DNA of 63,794 nucleotides, filler included, from Octopus bimaculoides (Eukaryota): NCBI RefSeq assembly GCF_001194135.2. It is 4 parts of 4 records of this genome, joined end to end, with 100 filler letters (N's around TTAATTAATTAA, not from the genome) between each part and the next. Parts side by side here need not be neighbours in the genome. Positions count along the whole stretch, not along the records: positions 44,512 to 62,640 come from NC_068994.1; positions 62,741 to 63,794 come from NW_026358311.1; 2 more parts are not named here. One strand, given 5' to 3'. Below the pieces are notes generated by a model. That model was not told the origin of the DNA. It did no database searches and was given only the letters and a program-made list of their open reading frames with translations. Positions 61,620-63,794 of the stretch are shown here, in pieces. Within the stretch, counting starts at the first letter, position 1. The number at the start of each line of letters is the position of its first letter. Made by a program: the position numbers and the translations under genes.

Positions 61620-61850
61620 CATTCATCATCACCATTTAACATCTATTTTTCCATGCTTACATGGGTAAGATGGAATTTGTTGAAGCAAGATTTTCTGCAG
61701 ATGGATGCCCCTCCTGTTGCCAACACTAACCTGTTTCCATGCAAGGTAATGTTTCCTCATGAACTGATGTATTTTTCACAGAAGATTGGAAATGGACAAT
61801 CTTATTTGTAGGACAATGATGCCCATTTGCAACTGTTATGTGATGCTTAG
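61620..61850 (-). mobile_element. RTE-tailed short element (family H)
   Basis: catttaacatctatttttccatgc..gatggatgcccctcctgttgccaac. Confidence 0.6.
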
Positions 61851-61939
61851 ACAAGAGCACACAGAAACACACACACACACACTTGCACATGCACATGCAC
61901 ACACACACAAATGCATGCATGCACACACACACATTCACA

Positions 61940-62098
61940 TACAATGGGCTTCTTTTAGTTTCTACCTACCAAATCCATTCATACGGCTGTGGTCAACCTG
62001 AGGCTGTAGTGGAAGACATTCGATCAAGCTGCCAGACGGTGGGACTGAACCCAAGACAACATGGTTGGGAAGCAAGTTCTTGACTACCCAGCCATGCC
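61940..62098 (-). mobile_element. SINE family A
   Basis: Core and head recognisable. Confidence 0.78.
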
Positions 62099-62640
62099 TT
62101 TCTCTACTTGTAGATAAGCTTATTTCTAAAAGATATGAGTGCTTGTCGTTAGCCTACAGCAAAATATTTCAGCAAAGTTTTATTTGATTTGTTACAGATA
62201 ATTTTTCTGTTGGTATATTAAACTGACAATATGTATATCAGTAAAGCAGGTATTATTATTTAGGATAATCTCTCGCTAAATTAGGATTAAATCCTAATTA
62301 ATTGTTCAATGATTAATCAACATAATCACTCTAATCTTTGCTTTAAATTAATTTGAAACCTCTGCTGCTTTGTCTTTGTGTTTTGTATTATTTATTGCAA
62401 GCTTCAGATTTATAAGTAATGAAAGAGAAAAGAGTCAGTGTGATAATAAGATATTCAGGAATAATGTAAGTGAAATCAAAACCATATGCTTAGAATTAGC
62501 AATCAAATATCCATGCAAATACTCACCTTTCCAAGAAATATATTTCTATATGATACACAGCAACAACATCATCAAGCATTTAAAACCTATTTTCCCTGAT
62601 AGGGCAGGAGTTAGTCTCACAAACCCTATGTCAGTTTTTT

Positions 62641-62740
62641 NNNNNNNNNNNNNNNNNNNNNNNNNNNNNNNNNNNNNNNNNNNNTTAATTAATTAANNNN
62701 NNNNNNNNNNNNNNNNNNNNNNNNNNNNNNNNNNNNNNNN
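62641..62740. other. Artificial scaffold spacer
   Basis: 44N-TTAATTAATTAA-44N. Confidence 0.97.
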
Positions 62741-63421
62741 AAAAAAAAAAAAAAGAAAAACAGAACAGTTAGACATTGGGCCGCATGAAGGTTGACTGAA
62801 GCGTAATTTGGATTGCTTTTCGGTGCTACTTTGGTGTGTGATCTACAGCTTCAAGGACAATTACTTTGGGTTAGGTTTTAGTTTCTTTACGTTGCAAAAC
62901 ACGCGGCTGCCAAACTTGTGTGATCTATGCGCTTATCTTAATTATCATATGTTTATTCTTGGTTTCATCTCATTATTTACTAAGACACAAACGAAACAGG
63001 GTTTTATTATTATCAAAATAGTAAGAATTTTGAAAAAATACATTGACAATGCTAAGTATGAGCATAAGAATTTATTTTTAAAAATCTTTAACCAACATTT
63101 TAAGGGGGTTTAGAAATTGAAAAGTAAACTAAAAAGTAACCTAAATAATCGCCCTTTAAGTTGTCGATCACACGCCGAAGTAGCACCTGCTTTTCAATGA
63201 AATTGACTTTAAAAAAGGGTACAGTAAGTTCTCGAATAATAAGAACACATTCTTCTAGTAAAATTGTTTTGTTTACATCATTTCAGTATAGGAAATAAAT
63301 AGATACAATGAAAAATTAAAAAGAGAATTAAAACAAAGAAAACCTTGTGTTATATTTTCATTTATTTCAAGCAAGATATTTATAAAAAGATTTCGATATT
63401 ATTCAATGAATTGTTGTTGGA

Positions 63422-63794
63422 ACTCCGTCGCTTACTACCTCGAGGGTTCCAGTTGATCCGATCAACGGAACAGCCTGCTCGTGAAATTAACGTGCAAGTG
63501 GCTGAGCACTCCACAGACAAGTGTACCCTTAACGTAGTTCTCTGGGATATTCAGCGTGACACAGTGTGACAAGGCTGACCCTTTGAATTACAGGCACAAC
63601 AAAAATAGGAAGTAAGAGTGAGAGAAAGTTGTGGTGAAAGAGTACAGCAGGGTTTGCCACCATCCCCTGCTGGAGCCTCGTGGAGCTTTAGGTGTTTTCG
63701 CTCAATAAACACTCACAACGCCCGGTCTGGGAATTATAACCGCGATCCTCTGACCGCGAGTCCGCTGCCCTAACCACTGGGCTATTGCGCCTCC
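63422..63794 (-). mobile_element. SINE family C, full length to window edge
   Basis: Reverse complement of 38450-38822. Confidence 0.88.

Overview
AT-rich, microsatellite-dense animal DNA, most likely from an octopus (inferred from the recurring SINE heads and RTE tails, not from a database search). It is a draft assembly with nine N-gaps and three artificial 100-bp scaffold spacers (44N-TTAATTAATTAA-44N). I can support no intact protein-coding gene. Nearly all listed ORFs are microsatellite, gap or transposon-fossil artefacts. The window is a transposon graveyard: Tc1 (2), mariner (2), maT/DD37D-like, pogo- and piggyBac-type MITEs, Helitrons (2), RTE, R4/Dong-like, CRE-like, Tx1 and CR1/L2-like LINE fragments, Penelope-like GIY-YIG fragments (2), and about 35 tRNA-derived SINE copies of at least five families. 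The best lead is at 40923-41380: a tRNA-headed SINE whose tail carries a minimal type I hammerhead ribozyme of the Penelope type, preceded by an inverted copy of the same tail with an intact catalytic core. This is a candidate Pol III retrozyme. Other leads: a sharp CpG-depleted versus CpG-retaining domain structure suggesting hidden methylated gene bodies (with low-confidence candidate exons), a pre-miRNA-like hairpin at 58292-58350, a nested foldback cluster in the first 3 kb, and a TSD-flanked SINE dimer.
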